Of a stretch of 64,000 bases of DNA, positions 1 to 11,303 are shown piece after piece. The stretch lies in assembly GCA_963829155.1 (NCBI GenBank), contig CAWHIA010000006.1, positions 179,161 to 243,160 of the forward strand, written 5' to 3'. Source of the stretch: an uncultured Chloroflexia bacterium. Its GTDB lineage: Bacteria > Chloroflexota > Limnocylindria > Limnocylindrales > CSP1-4. The translations under genes and the position numbers were made by a program. Under the pieces are notes generated by a model that worked only from the letters and a program-made list of their open reading frames with translations, was not told where the DNA came from and searched no databases. The first letter of the stretch is position 1; the number at the start of each line of letters is the position of its first letter.

Positions 1-850
1 AGATGCTGTCCCGGCCGAACATCGTCATGAACCACGGCAGGCCCGCCGCCGGGAGGCTGCGACCGCCGGCGATCAGCGGCGAGAAGCGGAGCGCGGCGAG
101 ATCGACGAGGCTGCGGTGGTAGGTCGCCTTGAGCGGCTCCCAGTCGCACTCGAGGTGCGGCGCCTCGCCGATCCAGTCCTCGAGGCTCTGGGCCATGTCG
201 GGGTTGGCCTTGCGGTTCGACCGGCCGTACTTGGTCTCGGTGATGCGCCGGCCGAGGCCGCCCAGCGACGTCACGACGTTGAGGTCCGTGGTCCAGGAGC
301 CGTGCGGCTCGACCCTGACGGTGAACGTCAGGCCGTGCTCGTCGACGGTCGCGGGCTCCGAGGCCGAGATCGTGGTCTCGCGCCGGAACGTCTCGCGCTG
401 GTAGCCGAGGACCAGCGACCCGCCGTCGACACGGGTGTCGTAGGTGCCCAGCTTCGGGAGCGCGTCCTTGACCTCGAACAGGTCGGCGAAGTCGGCTGCG
501 GCCTCGATCCGGATCGTCAGGTCGGCCGGCTCGGCGCTGTGGCTGAGGATCGTCAGCTCCTCGTGGAACCCGAGGCCGACGGCGCGCTGGCGGATGACCG
601 ACAGCTTGGGGTCGATGTACACGGTGCCCGTCGCCGGGACGAGGAAGAAGCGGGCCTCGAAGTACTGGAGGTCGTCGGTGGACAGGGCGTTCAGCCGCAG
701 GTCGTTGATCGTCAGGACCCACGTCGACAGGAAGCGCATGTCGTACGAGAACAGCCCGGTCGGATCGGTCTTCGACGCCTCGATGTCGCCGCGCTCGTCG
801 CTCACGACGAACGTGTTCCCATCCAGGATCCGGACGAGGGTGGCAACCAT
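1..850 (-). CDS. Glycogen debranching enzyme / amylo-alpha-1,6-glucosidase family (3' partial, runs off window)
   Basis: Not in ORF track. Manual translation from ATG 850: MVATLVRILDGNTFVVSDERGDIEASKTDPTGLFSYDMRFLSTW...; at the window edge AAGLPWFMTMFGRDSI, the PWF..FGRD motif of this family. Confidence 0.85.
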   Translation of the reverse strand, partial: MVATLVRILDGNTFVVSDERGDIEASKTDPTGLFSYDMRFLSTWVLTINDLRLNALSTDDLQYFEARFFLVPATGTVYIDPKLSVIRQRAVGLGFHEELTILSHSAEPADLTIRIEAAADFADLFEVKDALPKLGTYDTRVDGGSLVLGYQRETFRRETTISASEPATVDEHGLTFTVRVEPHGSWTTDLNVVTSLGGLGRRITETKYGRSNRKANPDMAQSLEDWIGEAPHLECDWEPLKATYHRSLVDLAALRFSPLIAGGRSLPAAGLPWFMTMFGRDSI

Positions 851-852
851 CG

Positions 853-1233
853 TCAGCTCCGCCGCTTGCCCATGGACCGTGGGCCCGTCGACTCCGGCAT
901 GCCGACCGGCGCCGGGAACAGGCGCTGGACACGGATCAGGAGGCGCGGGTTGCCGTCCAGGGTCATGGCGCCGCGGAGGGCGGCGGCCATCGGGTTGCGG
1001 CGACCGCTGGCCACCAGGTCGAAGTCGGCCTTGTTGGCCGTGATGACGCAGTCCGCCGTCGGCGTCGCCCGCGCGACACGCTGAGCGCGCCGTCGTTGAT
1101 CGCCAGCAGCCACTGGTCGGTCCGGCCGCCGTCGACGATGTCGAAGCGCACGGTCGCCCGCACCTTGCCGAGCAGCGGGTCCTGCCCGCGCTTCGACAGG
1201 TCGTCGAAGAAGTCAGCCGTCAGCGTCTGCCAA
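853..1233 (-). CDS. SCP-2 sterol-binding domain protein (frameshifted)
   Basis: GGAGG then TTG 1233. ADFFDDLSKRGQDPLLGKVRATVRFDIVDGGRTDQWLLAINDG continues in another frame as ADCVITANKADFDLVASGRRNPMAAALRGAMTLDGN (typical SCP2 NPMAA..G motif). Confidence 0.7.
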
Positions 1234-1392
1234 TACCCCAACCTCCGGCCACCCCAGGCCGTGGCGTGGGTTCGCGCGCCGCCGTCACGCGGTCGCATCG
1301 CCCCGTTCCCAAGAGGATGGCTTCTCACCCTCTCCGCGCATCACCAGAACTGCACCATACTCCCCTTCGCCGCACAGAGAAGCGCCGAAATC

Positions 1393-2051
1393 TCAGGCGT
1401 CGCGAACCGCCTCGCCGGCGACGCGCAGGCGCTTCCCGTCCCACGTGACAGACCGCAGATCCGACGATCTCGGCGTCGACATCGGCGTCGCGGGCACGTG
1501 TCCCCACCCCGATCACCGTGCCCACGCCCGGCCGCCCGCGCCGCGACGACGCCGTTGGGCGCATCTTCGATCACGACCGAGTCCGCCGGGTCGGCGCCAA
1601 GCCGGCGGACGGCGAGCGCGTAGCCCTCGGGATCGGGCTTGCCGTGCGCGACATCGTCGGCGGTGATGAACACGGGCGGCGGGTCGATGCCCGACGCGGC
1701 GAGCCGCGCCGTCGCGAGGACGCGGTTGCCGGACGTGCACAGGGCCCAGCGCCCGACCGGCAGGGCGGCGACGAGCTCGCGTGCGCCCGGCAGCGCGCGC
1801 GCCTCGGCGGCCAGCTCGAGCTCGAGTCGATCGATGTCCGCGAGCGCCTCGGTGACGTCGCCCGGCTCGACGAACGCCGCCACCGTCGCCCTCGCCGGCT
1901 GGCCGTGACACGCCTCGACCACGCGCCCGGGCTCCAGGCCGCGGGCGTCGGCCCAGGCCGTCCACGCCGCGACGACGCTCGCGTCCGAGTCGACGAGGAC
2001 CCCGTCGCAGTCGAACACGATCGCCGCCGGCTCGAGCACGAGGACGCTCAA
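1393..2051 (-). CDS. HAD-IA family hydrolase (sugar phosphatase-like), frameshifted near C-terminus
   Basis: Motif I FDCDGVLVDS, GKPDPEGY, motif IV VIEDAPNG. C-terminus DLRSVTWDGKRLRVAGEAVRDA* lies in another frame. Confidence 0.85.
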
Positions 2052-2083
2052 GGGCGACGACCCGGGCGCCGCTTCGGATCCGG

Positions 2084-3104
2084 TCAGCTGACGGGCCGGC
2101 TGCGGTACCGGCCCACCAGCTCGCGCGCGGCCGGCTGCATCCTGACCGGCGGCAGGCCACGCCGGACCTGGTCGAGGTCGTCCAGGACCATCTCGCCGAT
2201 CTCGAGGAACGCCTCCGGGATGCCGCCCGCGCGGTGCGGCGAGAGCACGAGGCCCTCGAGCGCCCGGGCCCGGTCGTCCGCCGGCATCGGCTCCTGCGGC
2301 CAGACGTCGATCGCGGCCAGGAACCGGCCCGCGGCGACCCGCTCGAGCACGGCCTCGTAGTCGAACACGGCGGCGCGGCTGACCAGGACGAGCCTCGCTC
2401 CGGCGGGCAGCAGGTCGAGCTCGCGCGCGCCCAGCAGGCGCTCGCTCTCTGCGGTGACCGTCGCGAGGACGAACACCACGCGGCTGTGCGTCAGGACCTC
2501 GTCGAGCGTCGCCGGGACCAGGCCGGCGTCGCGCAGCGTCGAGGCCGGGAGCCACGGGTCGAAGGCCCGGATCGTGGCGTCGAACGGGCGCAGGAGCGCG
2601 TGCAGCGCGCGGCCGAGGTTGCCGTAGCCGACGAGGCCGATGTCCGAGCGGCGCAGCAGGATCGCGTCGTCGTTGCCGGCCGCGAGGTATCGCTCGCGGC
2701 CGTCGCGGAAGGCGCGGTCCTCTCGGCTGATCCCGCGCGCGAGGTCGATGGCCAGGCCGAGCGCGAACTCGGCGACCGCCTCGGCGTACGCGGGGCCGCA
2801 GCCGAGGACGTGGATGCCGGCCCGGAAGCACGCCTCGTAGTCGACGTTGGGGTAGAAGTTGCCCTCGACGTTCATGACGACGCGCAGCGCGCGTCGCGCG
2901 CGCGAGGCGGGACGCCGGGAGATCGGGCTGGCCGACGATCGCGAACGCCCGCGGCAGGACCGCGTCGAGCTCGTCGTCGGTCGAGTCGGGACCGAGCAGC
3001 ACGACCTCGTAGTCGCGGAACAGTCGAGCCTGCGCCTCGGGGGTGAAGATCCGGCCGATCTCGTGCGGCGCCGGGCGAAGGACAACCAGCGGTCTGTCGG
3101 ACAT
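2084..3104 (-). CDS. D-isomer-specific 2-hydroxyacid dehydrogenase (frameshift ~2895)
   Basis: MSDRPLVVLRPAPH... joined to GLVGYGNLG (NAD-binding), LVSRAAVFD, AIDVWPQEP, LSPHRAG. Confidence 0.85.
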
Positions 3105-3427
3105 CGATCGAACGATACCGGCCCGACGCCCCCGGAACGGGTCCCCCCACCCTGAATGGGGACTGCCCGCGCTCCACCGATCCGCGATACAGTCGCGCGC
3201 GGCCATCCGTACGCAGACAGGACCCGAAACCGAAGAGCCACCGCTCCTTCGCGCGGTCCTGTGTCCTCGCGTCTTTGGCAATCCGGCGCCTCCTCGCGCC
3301 AACCCCGTCGATCCGTCCGATGACCGGATGTTCGATCGGCATGCCCCCCTGATCCCCTGCGCCCGGGAGCGGTCCCCATCCGCCGCCGTCCGCCCCATGC
3401 GTGACGCGTTGGTAGAAAGGAGCACCG

Positions 3428-4051
3428 TTGGGCCACCGACGTCGCCTCTCCCGCGCCCTCATCCCGATCGCGATCGCGATCACCGCCCTCACCGCCGTCC
3501 TTCCAGCCACCCCGGCGTTCGCGACCGATCCGGTCCCCGTCGATCCCGCGCCCGTCGATCCGTCGCCGACACCTGCGCCGATCGAGCCGGCACCGGCGCC
3601 GGCGGTCGTGGCGCCGACGACCACCGCCGTGGTCGCCACCAGCACCCGCCGCCACCGGCGGACCCGCGCAGCCCGGCTCATCGCCGTCGCCCGCCGCAAG
3701 CTCGGCGACCGCTACGTGTACGGCGCCGCCGGACCCCGCCGGTTCGACTGCTCGGGCCTCGTCCTGTTCTCTCTGCGCCGGAGCCACAACCGGCACGCCG
3801 CCCCGCTCGGCGGCCGGTCGGCCGACTCGTTCTATGCCGCGTACCGCCGGCACCACCGGGTCAGCCGCCACCATGGCCACCCGGGCGACTTCGTCATCTG
3901 GGGCCGCGGCCGGCACATCGGGATCTACCTCGGCCACGGCCGGGCGATCAGCGCCCTGACCCGCCGCGGCGTCAGCGTCCACGGCCTGCACGCCGTGACG
4001 CTGCCGTTCACCGGCTTCCTGCACACCCGCCTGTGGGCGCGCCACCGGTAG
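3428..4051 (+). CDS. Secreted NlpC/P60 (C40) cell-wall peptidase
   Basis: AGAAAGGAG RBS; signal peptide (...ATPAFA); Pro-rich linker; YVYGAAGPRRFDCSG catalytic Cys; PGDFVIW...HIGIYLG. Confidence 0.9.
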   Translation: MGHRRRLSRALIPIAIAITALTAVLPATPAFATDPVPVDPAPVDPSPTPAPIEPAPAPAVVAPTTTAVVATSTRRHRRTRAARLIAVARRKLGDRYVYGAAGPRRFDCSGLVLFSLRRSHNRHAAPLGGRSADSFYAAYRRHHRVSRHHGHPGDFVIWGRGRHIGIYLGHGRAISALTRRGVSVHGLHAVTLPFTGFLHTRLWARHR

Positions 4052-4079
4052 CCGTCCACCGCAACGTCGCCGCACATGC

Positions 4080-4110
4080 AGGAGCGCCACCCGCGATGGG
4101 TGGCGCTCCT
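4080..4110. terminator. Intrinsic (probably bidirectional) terminator hairpin
   Basis: AGGAGCGCCACCC-GCGAT-GGGTGGCGCTCCT, a perfect 13-bp stem between convergent genes. Confidence 0.7.
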
Positions 4111-4127
4111 TCGCGTCGAGGGTGGAC

Positions 4128-4346
4128 TCAGCGGGTCGCCGGATCCATCTCCGTGCTCTTGTCGTGGGCCTTGTCGGTCGCATTGTCGACCGCGTTGCTC
4201 ACGTCGTCCCCCGCGTTGCCGAGGTCCTTGCGGATCTCGTCGCCCGCGTTGCCGACCTTGTCGGCCAGGTCCTCGCCGTCCCAGTTGCGGGACGCCTTCT
4301 TGGCGTCGGTCTCGACCTCACGGCCGGCCTTCTTCATGTCGTCCAT
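4128..4346 (-). CDS. Small hydrophilic LEA/CsbD-like stress protein (72 aa)
   Basis: GAGGAG RBS; charged sequence with an 11-residue repeat (GNAGDEIRKDL/GNAGDDVSNAV). Confidence 0.65.
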   Translation of the reverse strand: MDDMKKAGREVETDAKKASRNWDGEDLADKVGNAGDEIRKDLGNAGDDVSNAVDNATDKAHDKSTEMDPATR

Positions 4347-4556
4347 CCCGGACTCCTCGTGGTTCGGGGTGGCCCCCGATGTGCTTCCGAGGATCCGTGC
4401 TGGCGTGTTGCGCCGGAGTCATGCGCATCGCCGTTCGGGTTGCGGATGGCTTGCGCGGGTCCGGGTGCCGAAACGGCATTTCCCATGCGATGGGCTCGTT
4501 GTAGGATCGACCGCGGGCGGTGACGAGCCCAGGCGCTGGCGAAGGGAGGCCGCGCC

Positions 4557-5983
4557 ACGGATCCCGAATTCCTGTCTCGGGTCCAGTTCGCCCTGACGGC
4601 GAGCTTCCACTTCCTGTACCCACCGCTCTCGATGGGGCTGGGGCTGATGATGATCGTCATCGGCGTCGCCTACGCGCGGACCAAGGACCCGAAGTGGCGC
4701 CAGCTGTCGTTCTTCTGGGTCAAGGTCTACGGCCTGATCTTCGCGATGGGCGTGGCCACCGGCATCGTCCAGGAGTTCGAGTTCGGCATGAACTGGGCCG
4801 ACTACTCCCGGTTCGTCGGCAATGTGTTCGGCAGCCTGCTCGCCGCAGAGGGCGTGTTCGCGTTCGCCCTCGAGGGCGGCTTCCTGGGCCTGCTGCTGTT
4901 CGGCGGCAACCGGCTCGGCCCGCGGCTGTGGCTGTTCGCGACGACCGTGGTCGTGTTCGGCGCCCACTTCAGCGCCCTCTGGATCATCATGGCCAACTCC
5001 TGGATGCAGACGCCGCAGGGCTACACGATCGCCACCGATCCGGCGCCGACGCGCGCGGTCATGACCGACTTCTGGCAGGTCGTGTTCACGCCGTCGTTCG
5101 TGCCGCGGCTGCTCCACGTGTTCTTCGCGTCGTGGACGGTCGGGGCCGCGCTGATGGTCAGCGTCGAGCGCCTTCTACGTCCTCAGGAAGCAGCACCTCG
5201 AGCTGGCCAAGTTCCCAACCTGAAGGTCGGCCCTGGCCGCGTTCATCCTGTTCGCGACGGCGAACTTCGGGCTCGCGGGACCGAGCATGGCGATCGAGGT
5301 CACGAACGAGCAGCCGCTCAAGCTGGCGTCGATGGAGGGCCTGTGGGAGAGCACGTCGTGCGCGCCGCTGTACCTCGTGGGCTGGGTGGACGAGCCGACT
5401 CAGACGACGACCGGGATCTCGATCCCGTGCCTGCTCAGCGTGCTCGCCTACTTCAACCCGCAGGCCACGGTCCAGGGCATCACCACGTTCTCGCCCCCGG
5501 ATCCGACCCCGCCCATCAACCTCGTGTTTCAGGTCTACCACTTCATGTTCGGCCTGGGGTCGCTGTTCGTGCCGATCGGCTTGCTCGCCGGCCTGCTGTA
5601 CTGGTGGAAGCAGCGGCTGTTCACGGACCCGCTGGATGCTGTGGATCCTCGTCATCACCGTGTTCTTCGTCGAGGCCGCGATCATCGCCGGCTGGTGGAC
5701 CGCGGAGGTCGGGCGCCAGCCGTGGGTCGTCTACAACGTGCTCGCGACGGCCGACGGCGTCTCCCCCACCCTGAGCGGCCTCGACGTCGCCGTCTCGCTC
5801 GGGATGTTCATCGCGCTGTACGCGATCCTGCTGGCGCTGTTCCTGTACCTCCTCAACCGGGCGATCCAGCACGGCCCGGAGCCGCTGGAAGACGTGGAGA
5901 CGGTCGACCGGGCGACCCTGCCCAACACCTTCCGCGAGGTCTTCACGCGCCGGGATCGCGCCGCCTCGAGTGGAGAGGACTGA
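4557..5983 (+). CDS. cydA: Cytochrome bd ubiquinol oxidase subunit I (several frameshifts; apparent ACG start)
   Basis: DPEFLSRVQFALTASFHFLYPPLSMG (heme His), QEFEFGMNW, ANSWMQTPQG, Q-loop QPLKLASMEGLW, AEVGRQPW, spread over three frames. Confidence 0.92.
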
Positions 5984-6999
5984 TGCTGGCCGAGATCTGG
6001 TTCGCGCTGTTCGTCGTCATCGTCGCCGGCTACCTGATCCTCGACGGCTTCGACATGGGCGTCGGGATGCTGATGATCCCGATGGGCAAGAACGACGACG
6101 AGCGGCGGACGATGCTCAACAGCATCGGCCCGATCTGGGACGGCAACGAGGTCTGGCTGGTGATCGCGGGCGGCGTGCTGTTCGGCGTGTTCCCGCTCGT
6201 CTACGCCTCGCTGTTCTCCGGCTTCTACCTGGCGTTCATGCTCGTGCTGTTCGTGATGATCCTGCGCACGGTCGCGATGGAGTTCCGGAGCAAGGAGCCG
6301 TCGCCGCGCTGGCGGTCGTTCTGGGACATGGTGTTCGCGCTCGCCTCGACCGGGCTGGCGTTCCTCCTGGGCGTGGCCTTCGGCGACGTCCTGTCGGGGG
6401 TGCCGCTGGACGCGGACGGCAACATGTCCGTCACGCTGATCGGGCTGCTCAAGCCGGTCCCGCTGCTGGTCGGCGCGGCGACCGTCGCGATGTTCGCGAT
6501 GCACGGCAGCCTGTACCTGGTCCAGAAGACCGAGGGCGACCTCCAGGCCCGGATCCGGCGGGCGGTACCGCGGCTGATCGCGGCCTTCTTCGTGCTCAAC
6601 ACGGTCGTCGTGGTCGGGATGCTGCTCTCCCGGGACCAGATCACGACCAACTACGTCGACGACATCTGGCCCGTCATCTTCCCGGCGGCAGCCCTGGTGG
6701 CCATCCTGATGGCCTACCGGTTCGTGCGCCAGGGACGCGAGTTCGCGGCGTTCCTCGCGTCGGCCGCGACGATCGCCCTGCTCGTCATCTCGGGCGCGGC
6801 GGGGATGTTCCCGAACCTCATCGTCTCGACCACCGATCCGGCCTACAACCTGACGATCTACAACGCCGCGTCCGCGGACAACACCCTCGTCGTGTGCCTG
6901 ATCTTCGCCGTGATCGGGATCCCGTTCATCCTGGCGTACACGGTCGGCGTCTACTACTTCTTCCGAGGCAAGACAACGGTCGACTCGCACGGGTACTGA
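5983..6999 (+). CDS. cydB: Cytochrome bd ubiquinol oxidase subunit II
   Basis: ATG overlaps the cydA TGA; YLILDGFDMGVG, IGPIWDGNEVWL, YNLTIYNAAS. Confidence 0.95.
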   Translation: MLAEIWFALFVVIVAGYLILDGFDMGVGMLMIPMGKNDDERRTMLNSIGPIWDGNEVWLVIAGGVLFGVFPLVYASLFSGFYLAFMLVLFVMILRTVAMEFRSKEPSPRWRSFWDMVFALASTGLAFLLGVAFGDVLSGVPLDADGNMSVTLIGLLKPVPLLVGAATVAMFAMHGSLYLVQKTEGDLQARIRRAVPRLIAAFFVLNTVVVVGMLLSRDQITTNYVDDIWPVIFPAAALVAILMAYRFVRQGREFAAFLASAATIALLVISGAAGMFPNLIVSTTDPAYNLTIYNAASADNTLVVCLIFAVIGIPFILAYTVGVYYFFRGKTTVDSHGY

Positions 7000-8742
7000 G
7001 GCCGTCGCGGGGGCCGCGCGGCCGGGCGCTGGTCTGATCCGCCGGTCGACCGCGACGAGGCCCGAGACCCGGCTGCTCGCGCTGGACCCCCACGCCGGAC
7101 GCCTGCTGACGGCGGCCGTCGGGGTGGCGATCGGCGGCGCGGTCGTTCGCGATCGCCGTGGCCATCGTCCTGAGCACGATCATCGCCGGGGTCGTGCAGG
7201 GCACGCTGCCGGCGGGCGGCCCGGCGCCCCTGCTGGTCGCGCTGGCCGCGCTCGTCGCCGTGCGCGCGACGCTGCTCGGCCTGTCTCCGACGCGCTCGCC
7301 GGCCGCGCGGCGGTCCATCTGGCGTCCGGACGTCCGCCGACGTCTGACCGGCCACCTGCTCGCGCTCGGCCCGGCGTTCGTCACCGGCGAACGGAGCGGC
7401 GAGGTCGCCTCGACGCTCGTCGACGGTCTCGAGGCCACCGAGGCCTGGGTGCGATCGTTCCGGCCGGCGGCCCTGCTCGCCAACGTCGTCCCGGTCGTGA
7501 TCCTCGTGGTCGTGCTCGTGATCGATCCTCCGACCGCCGTGGTGCTGCTGGCGACCGGACCCGTGCTCGTCCTGCTGCTGGGGCTGATCGGCCGGCGGGT
7601 CGGCCCGGCAACCGCCGCCCGGGCCGCCGACCTGCGCTGGATGCAGGGCTACTTCGCGGACATGCTGCAGGGGATCGCGACGCTGCGGGCGTTCGGGCGC
7701 AGCCGGGAGCAGGCGGACCGGATCCGCGAGATCGGCCTCCGCTACGGCGACTCGACGATGACGGTGCTGCGGACCGCGTTCCAGGCCAGCCTCGTGCTCG
7801 AATTCGGCGCCGCGGTGGCGATGGCGCTGGTGGCCGTGGAGCTGAGCCTGCGGCTGATGGGCGGCAGCATCGGGTTCGCGTCGACGCTCGCCGTGCTGAT
7901 CATCGCGCCGGAGTTCTTCGTGCCGTTGCGGCGGTTCGCCGCGGCCTACCACGAAGGTGCCGCAGGTCGCGAGGCCGCGGCGCGGATCCTCGAGATCCTC
8001 GACGCACCGCCGCCGCGCGCCGGCATCGAGACAGCCCTCGGCGAGCGGTCGGCGGCGTGCCCGTCGAGCCCTCGCGCTCGCTCGGGGACATCGTCCTGCA
8101 CGGCGTCTCCGTCACCTACCCGGGTCGCGCGGAACCCGCGCTCCGCGACGTCGACCTCGTCCTGCCCGCCGGCCGGCGGACGGCGATCGTCGGCGAGTCG
8201 GGGGCCGGCAAGTCGACCCTCGCTCGGCTGTTGCTGCGGTTCGTCGATCCGGACGCGGGCCGGATCACCGTCGGCGGCGAGGCCCTCGCCGACATCGACG
8301 TCCACGCCTGGCGCGGCCGGATCGCGTACGTCCCGCAGTCGCCCCACCTGTTCCACGGGACGGTCGCCGAGAACATCCGCCTGGCGCGTCCGGACGCGAC
8401 CGCTCGACGACGTCGCGGCCGCGGCACGCGACGCCGGCGCGACGGCGTTCATCGACGACCTGCCCGACGGCCTCGAGACGCCCATCGGCGAGGACGGCGT
8501 CAGGCTGAGCGGCGGCCAGCGGCAGCGGATCGCGGTCGCGCGGGCGTTCCTCCGCGACGCCGACCTCGTGGTCCTCGACGAGCCGACCGCCCACCTCGAC
8601 CCCGACGCCGAGGCGTCCGTCGCCGAGGCCATCGACCGGCTCGGCCGCGGCCGGACGGTCGTCGTGATCTCGCACCGGTCGGCGCTCGTCGAAGGGCGCC
8701 GACGTCGTGATCGAGCTCGACCACGGGCGGGTCGTCTCGTGA
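7000..8742 (+). CDS. cydD: Thiol/heme ABC exporter subunit CydD (frameshifted; start uncertain)
   Basis: IIAPEFFVPLRRF, Walker A GESGAGKST, LSGGQRQR, LDEPTAHLD; follows cydB. Confidence 0.85.
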
Positions 8743-8758
8743 TCCGCGGGCGCCGGCG

Positions 8759-10411
8759 ATGATCCTGCGGCGCGTCCTCGGGCTCGCGGCGTCCAGGCCC
8801 GGCTGGCTCCTGCTCGGCGCCACGGTGGCGGCGGTCTCCGTGATCGCGAACGTCGCGCTGGTCGGGACGTCCGCCTACCTGATCAGCCGCGCCCAGACCG
8901 TCACCAACGTCGCCGACCTCGCGCTCGCGATCACCGCGGTCCGTGTGCTGGCCATCGTGCGCTCGGGCTCGCGGTACCTCGAGCGGATCGTGATCCACGC
9001 CGGCACCTTCCGCGTCCTCGCGGACCTGCGTGCGTCGTTCTTCGCCGTCGATCGAGCCGCTGGCCCCGGCCGGGCTCCGGTCGGCTCGCGGCGGCGACCT
9101 GCTCGCCCGCATCACGGCCGACGTCGGGACGCTGGAGGAGGCGTTCGCCGGGGTCGCCGTCCCGCCGATCGCGGCCGCGGGCGCCGTCGCCTTCGGCTGC
9201 GTGCTGCTGGGCTGGATCGATCCGATCGCCGGCTGGATCCTGCTGGCGTTCGCGGTCGCCGCGGGTCTCGTCCTGCCGGGGCTCGTCAGGGTCGCCTCGC
9301 GCGAGCCCGCGCGGGAGCGGATCGCCGCGCGCGCGCTCACGACGGCCCTCGCGCTCGACGCCGTCCGTGGGGTGGGCGACCTCGCCGCGCTGGATCGCGA
9401 CCAGTCGCACCGATCGCGGCTGCTCGACGCGGCCGGCGCGATGGACGGCGCGACGGCACGGCTCACGTCCGTCCGCGCGGTCGCGACCGGCGCGTCGTCG
9501 CTGTTGACCGGGCTGTGCGCGGTCGTCGTGCTGTGGGTCGGGATCGACGCCGTCCGCGGTGGGTCGGTCCCGGACGTGCTGCTCGCCACGCTGCCGCTGG
9601 CGGCGATCGCGACCTTCGAGGCGATCGGTCCGCTGGCCGCCGCCGTCCAGCGGCTCGACGCGACCGAGGCCGCGGGCGCGCGGCTGTTCGAGGTCATCGA
9701 CGCGCGACCCGAGGTCGTGGACCCGCCCGCGCCCGCGTCACCGCCCGAAGGGTTCGGACTCGAGGTCGACGGCCTCCGGTTCCGGTACCCGGGCGGGGCG
9801 CGCGACGTCATCGACGGCCTGTCGATATCGATCCCGGCAGGCGGGCGGCTCGCCGTCGTCGGACCCAGCGGGGCCGGCAAGTCCACCCTGGTCCAGCTGC
9901 TCCTCCGCTTCGACGACTACGCGACCGGCGAGATCCGGGTCGGCGGCCGCGAGCTGCGCGGGCTGGCGCAGGACGCGGTCCGGGCGAGGATCGCCGTCGT
10001 CGCCCAGCGGGTCGACCTGTTCGACGCGACGATCCGCGACAACCTCGCGCTGGCCGACGCCGACCTGACGGACGACCGCGCCCGGTGGGCGCTCGAGACG
10101 GCCCAGCTCGCGGACGTCGTCGACGCCCTGCCGGACGGCGACGGGACGCGGATCGGCGACGACGGCCTACGTCTCAGCGGCGGCGAGCGGCGGCGCCTCG
10201 CGATCGCCCGCGCCATCGTCCGCGACGCCCCGATCCTCGTCCTGGACGAGCCGACCGCGGACCTCGACGCGGCGACCGAGGCCCGACTGTGGGCCGCGCT
10301 GGAGCCCGTGATGGCGGGGCGCACGACCCTCGTGCTGACCCACCGTCCCCCGCCGGGCTGGGACCCGGCCGCCGTCGTGACGATGCGCGCGGACGGATCG
10401 AGCCGGCCTAG
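8759..10411 (+). CDS. cydC: Thiol/heme ABC exporter subunit CydC (frameshifted; end approximate)
   Basis: AVRVLAIVRSGSRYLERIVIHAGTFRVLADLR, GDLLARITADV, GPSGAGKST, LSGGERRR. Confidence 0.85.
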   Translation: MILRRVLGLAASRPGWLLLGATVAAVSVIANVALVGTSAYLISRAQTVTNVADLALAITAVRVLAIVRSGSRYLERIVIHAGTFRVLADLRASFFAVDRAAGPGRAPVGSRRRPARPHHGRRRDAGGGVRRGRRPADRGRGRRRLRLRAAGLDRSDRRLDPAGVRGRRGSRPAGARQGRLARARAGADRRARAHDGPRARRRPWGGRPRRAGSRPVAPIAAARRGRRDGRRDGTAHVRPRGRDRRVVAVDRAVRGRRAVGRDRRRPRWVGPGRAARHAAAGGDRDLRGDRSAGRRRPAARRDRGRGRAAVRGHRRATRGRGPARARVTARRVRTRGRRPPVPVPGRGARRHRRPVDIDPGRRAARRRRTQRGRQVHPGPAAPPLRRLRDRRDPGRRPRAARAGAGRGPGEDRRRRPAGRPVRRDDPRQPRAGRRRPDGRPRPVGARDGPARGRRRRPAGRRRDADRRRRPTSQRRRAAAPRDRPRHRPRRPDPRPGRADRGPRRGDRGPTVGRAGARDGGAHDPRADPPSPAGLGPGRRRDDARGRIEPA

Positions 10412-10414
10412 CGG

Positions 10415-11249
10415 TCAGCGCGGCGGCCCCGCCTTGGCGATCGCGAGGATGTCGTCGGGCGAGCCGCGGAGCGGCGTGACGGACTCGAGCCACCAGGTCG
10501 CGCCGACGGCCTCGTAGTCGGCGGGCGTGAACCCGCCCAGGCCCGAGACCCCGAACACCGCCACGTCGAACGGGCGGCCGTCGAGGCCGGCCTCCCGGCG
10601 GGTCGCCCGCGCCAGCTCGACGCGCTCCGCCAGGCCGGACGGCGGCATCCCGAGCACCCCCGGGTCGTCGGCCGGTGGTCACCGCGATCCAGCCGTCCCA
10701 CCGCGCCGCCCGCCGGATGCCGCCCGGACGGAACGCGCCCATCCAGATCGGCGGCCGCGGCTGCTGGGCCGGCCGCGGGCCGATCCCCACGCCGTCGACC
10801 GGGAAGTCCGGCCCCGCGTGCGTGACCGACTCGCCGCGCAGGAAGGCGTCGACGATCTCGACGGCCTCGTCCATCCGCGCGACCCGGACGGCCGAGGTCC
10901 AGTCCTCGCCGAACGCCTCGTAGTCCGGCCGGTCGCCGCCGGCGCCGACGCCCAGCACCAGCCGCCCGCCGCTCAGGCGGTCGAGCGTCGCGGCGGCCTG
11001 GGCCACGAGCTGCGGGCGACGCCGCGGGAGGACGATGACCGACGCCAGCAGCGCGAGGCGCTCGGTCGCGGCGGCGACGCCGGCCAGCGCCACGAACGGG
11101 TCCGCGGCCACGCTGTCCATGGCGAGCCCGAGGGTGTCCCAGGTGCTGAAGCCGTCCCAGCCGGCAGCCTCGGCGGCCTCGGCCAGGCGGACGAGCGTCA
11201 GGGGATCGGAGAGGTCACCGAACGGGGCGACGTCGAGGGCGTATCGCAT
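10415..11249 (-). CDS. LLM-class flavin-dependent oxidoreductase (frameshift ~10675)
   Basis: AEAAGWDGFSTWD, LDRLSGGRLVLGVGAG, QQPRPPIWMG, RRAARWDGW; C-terminus GATWWLE in a second frame. Confidence 0.85.
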
Positions 11250-11303
11250 GGGTCGACCTTACCGGGTGCCAGACCGGCGTCGGCGCCCGCGAGACACGAA
11301 AAC

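Noticed and set aside
3105-3427. c-di-AMP (ydaO) riboswitch before NlpC/P60
   Set aside because: Only loose fragments (GGAACGGG, CTGAAT); the conserved order and the 3' CCCGTCAGCTAAC-like segment are missing.
5287-6999. CydA-CydB fusion ORF
   Set aside because: Artefact of an indel near 5625; the CydA GRQPW end is in another frame and stops at 5983, overlapping the cydB ATG.
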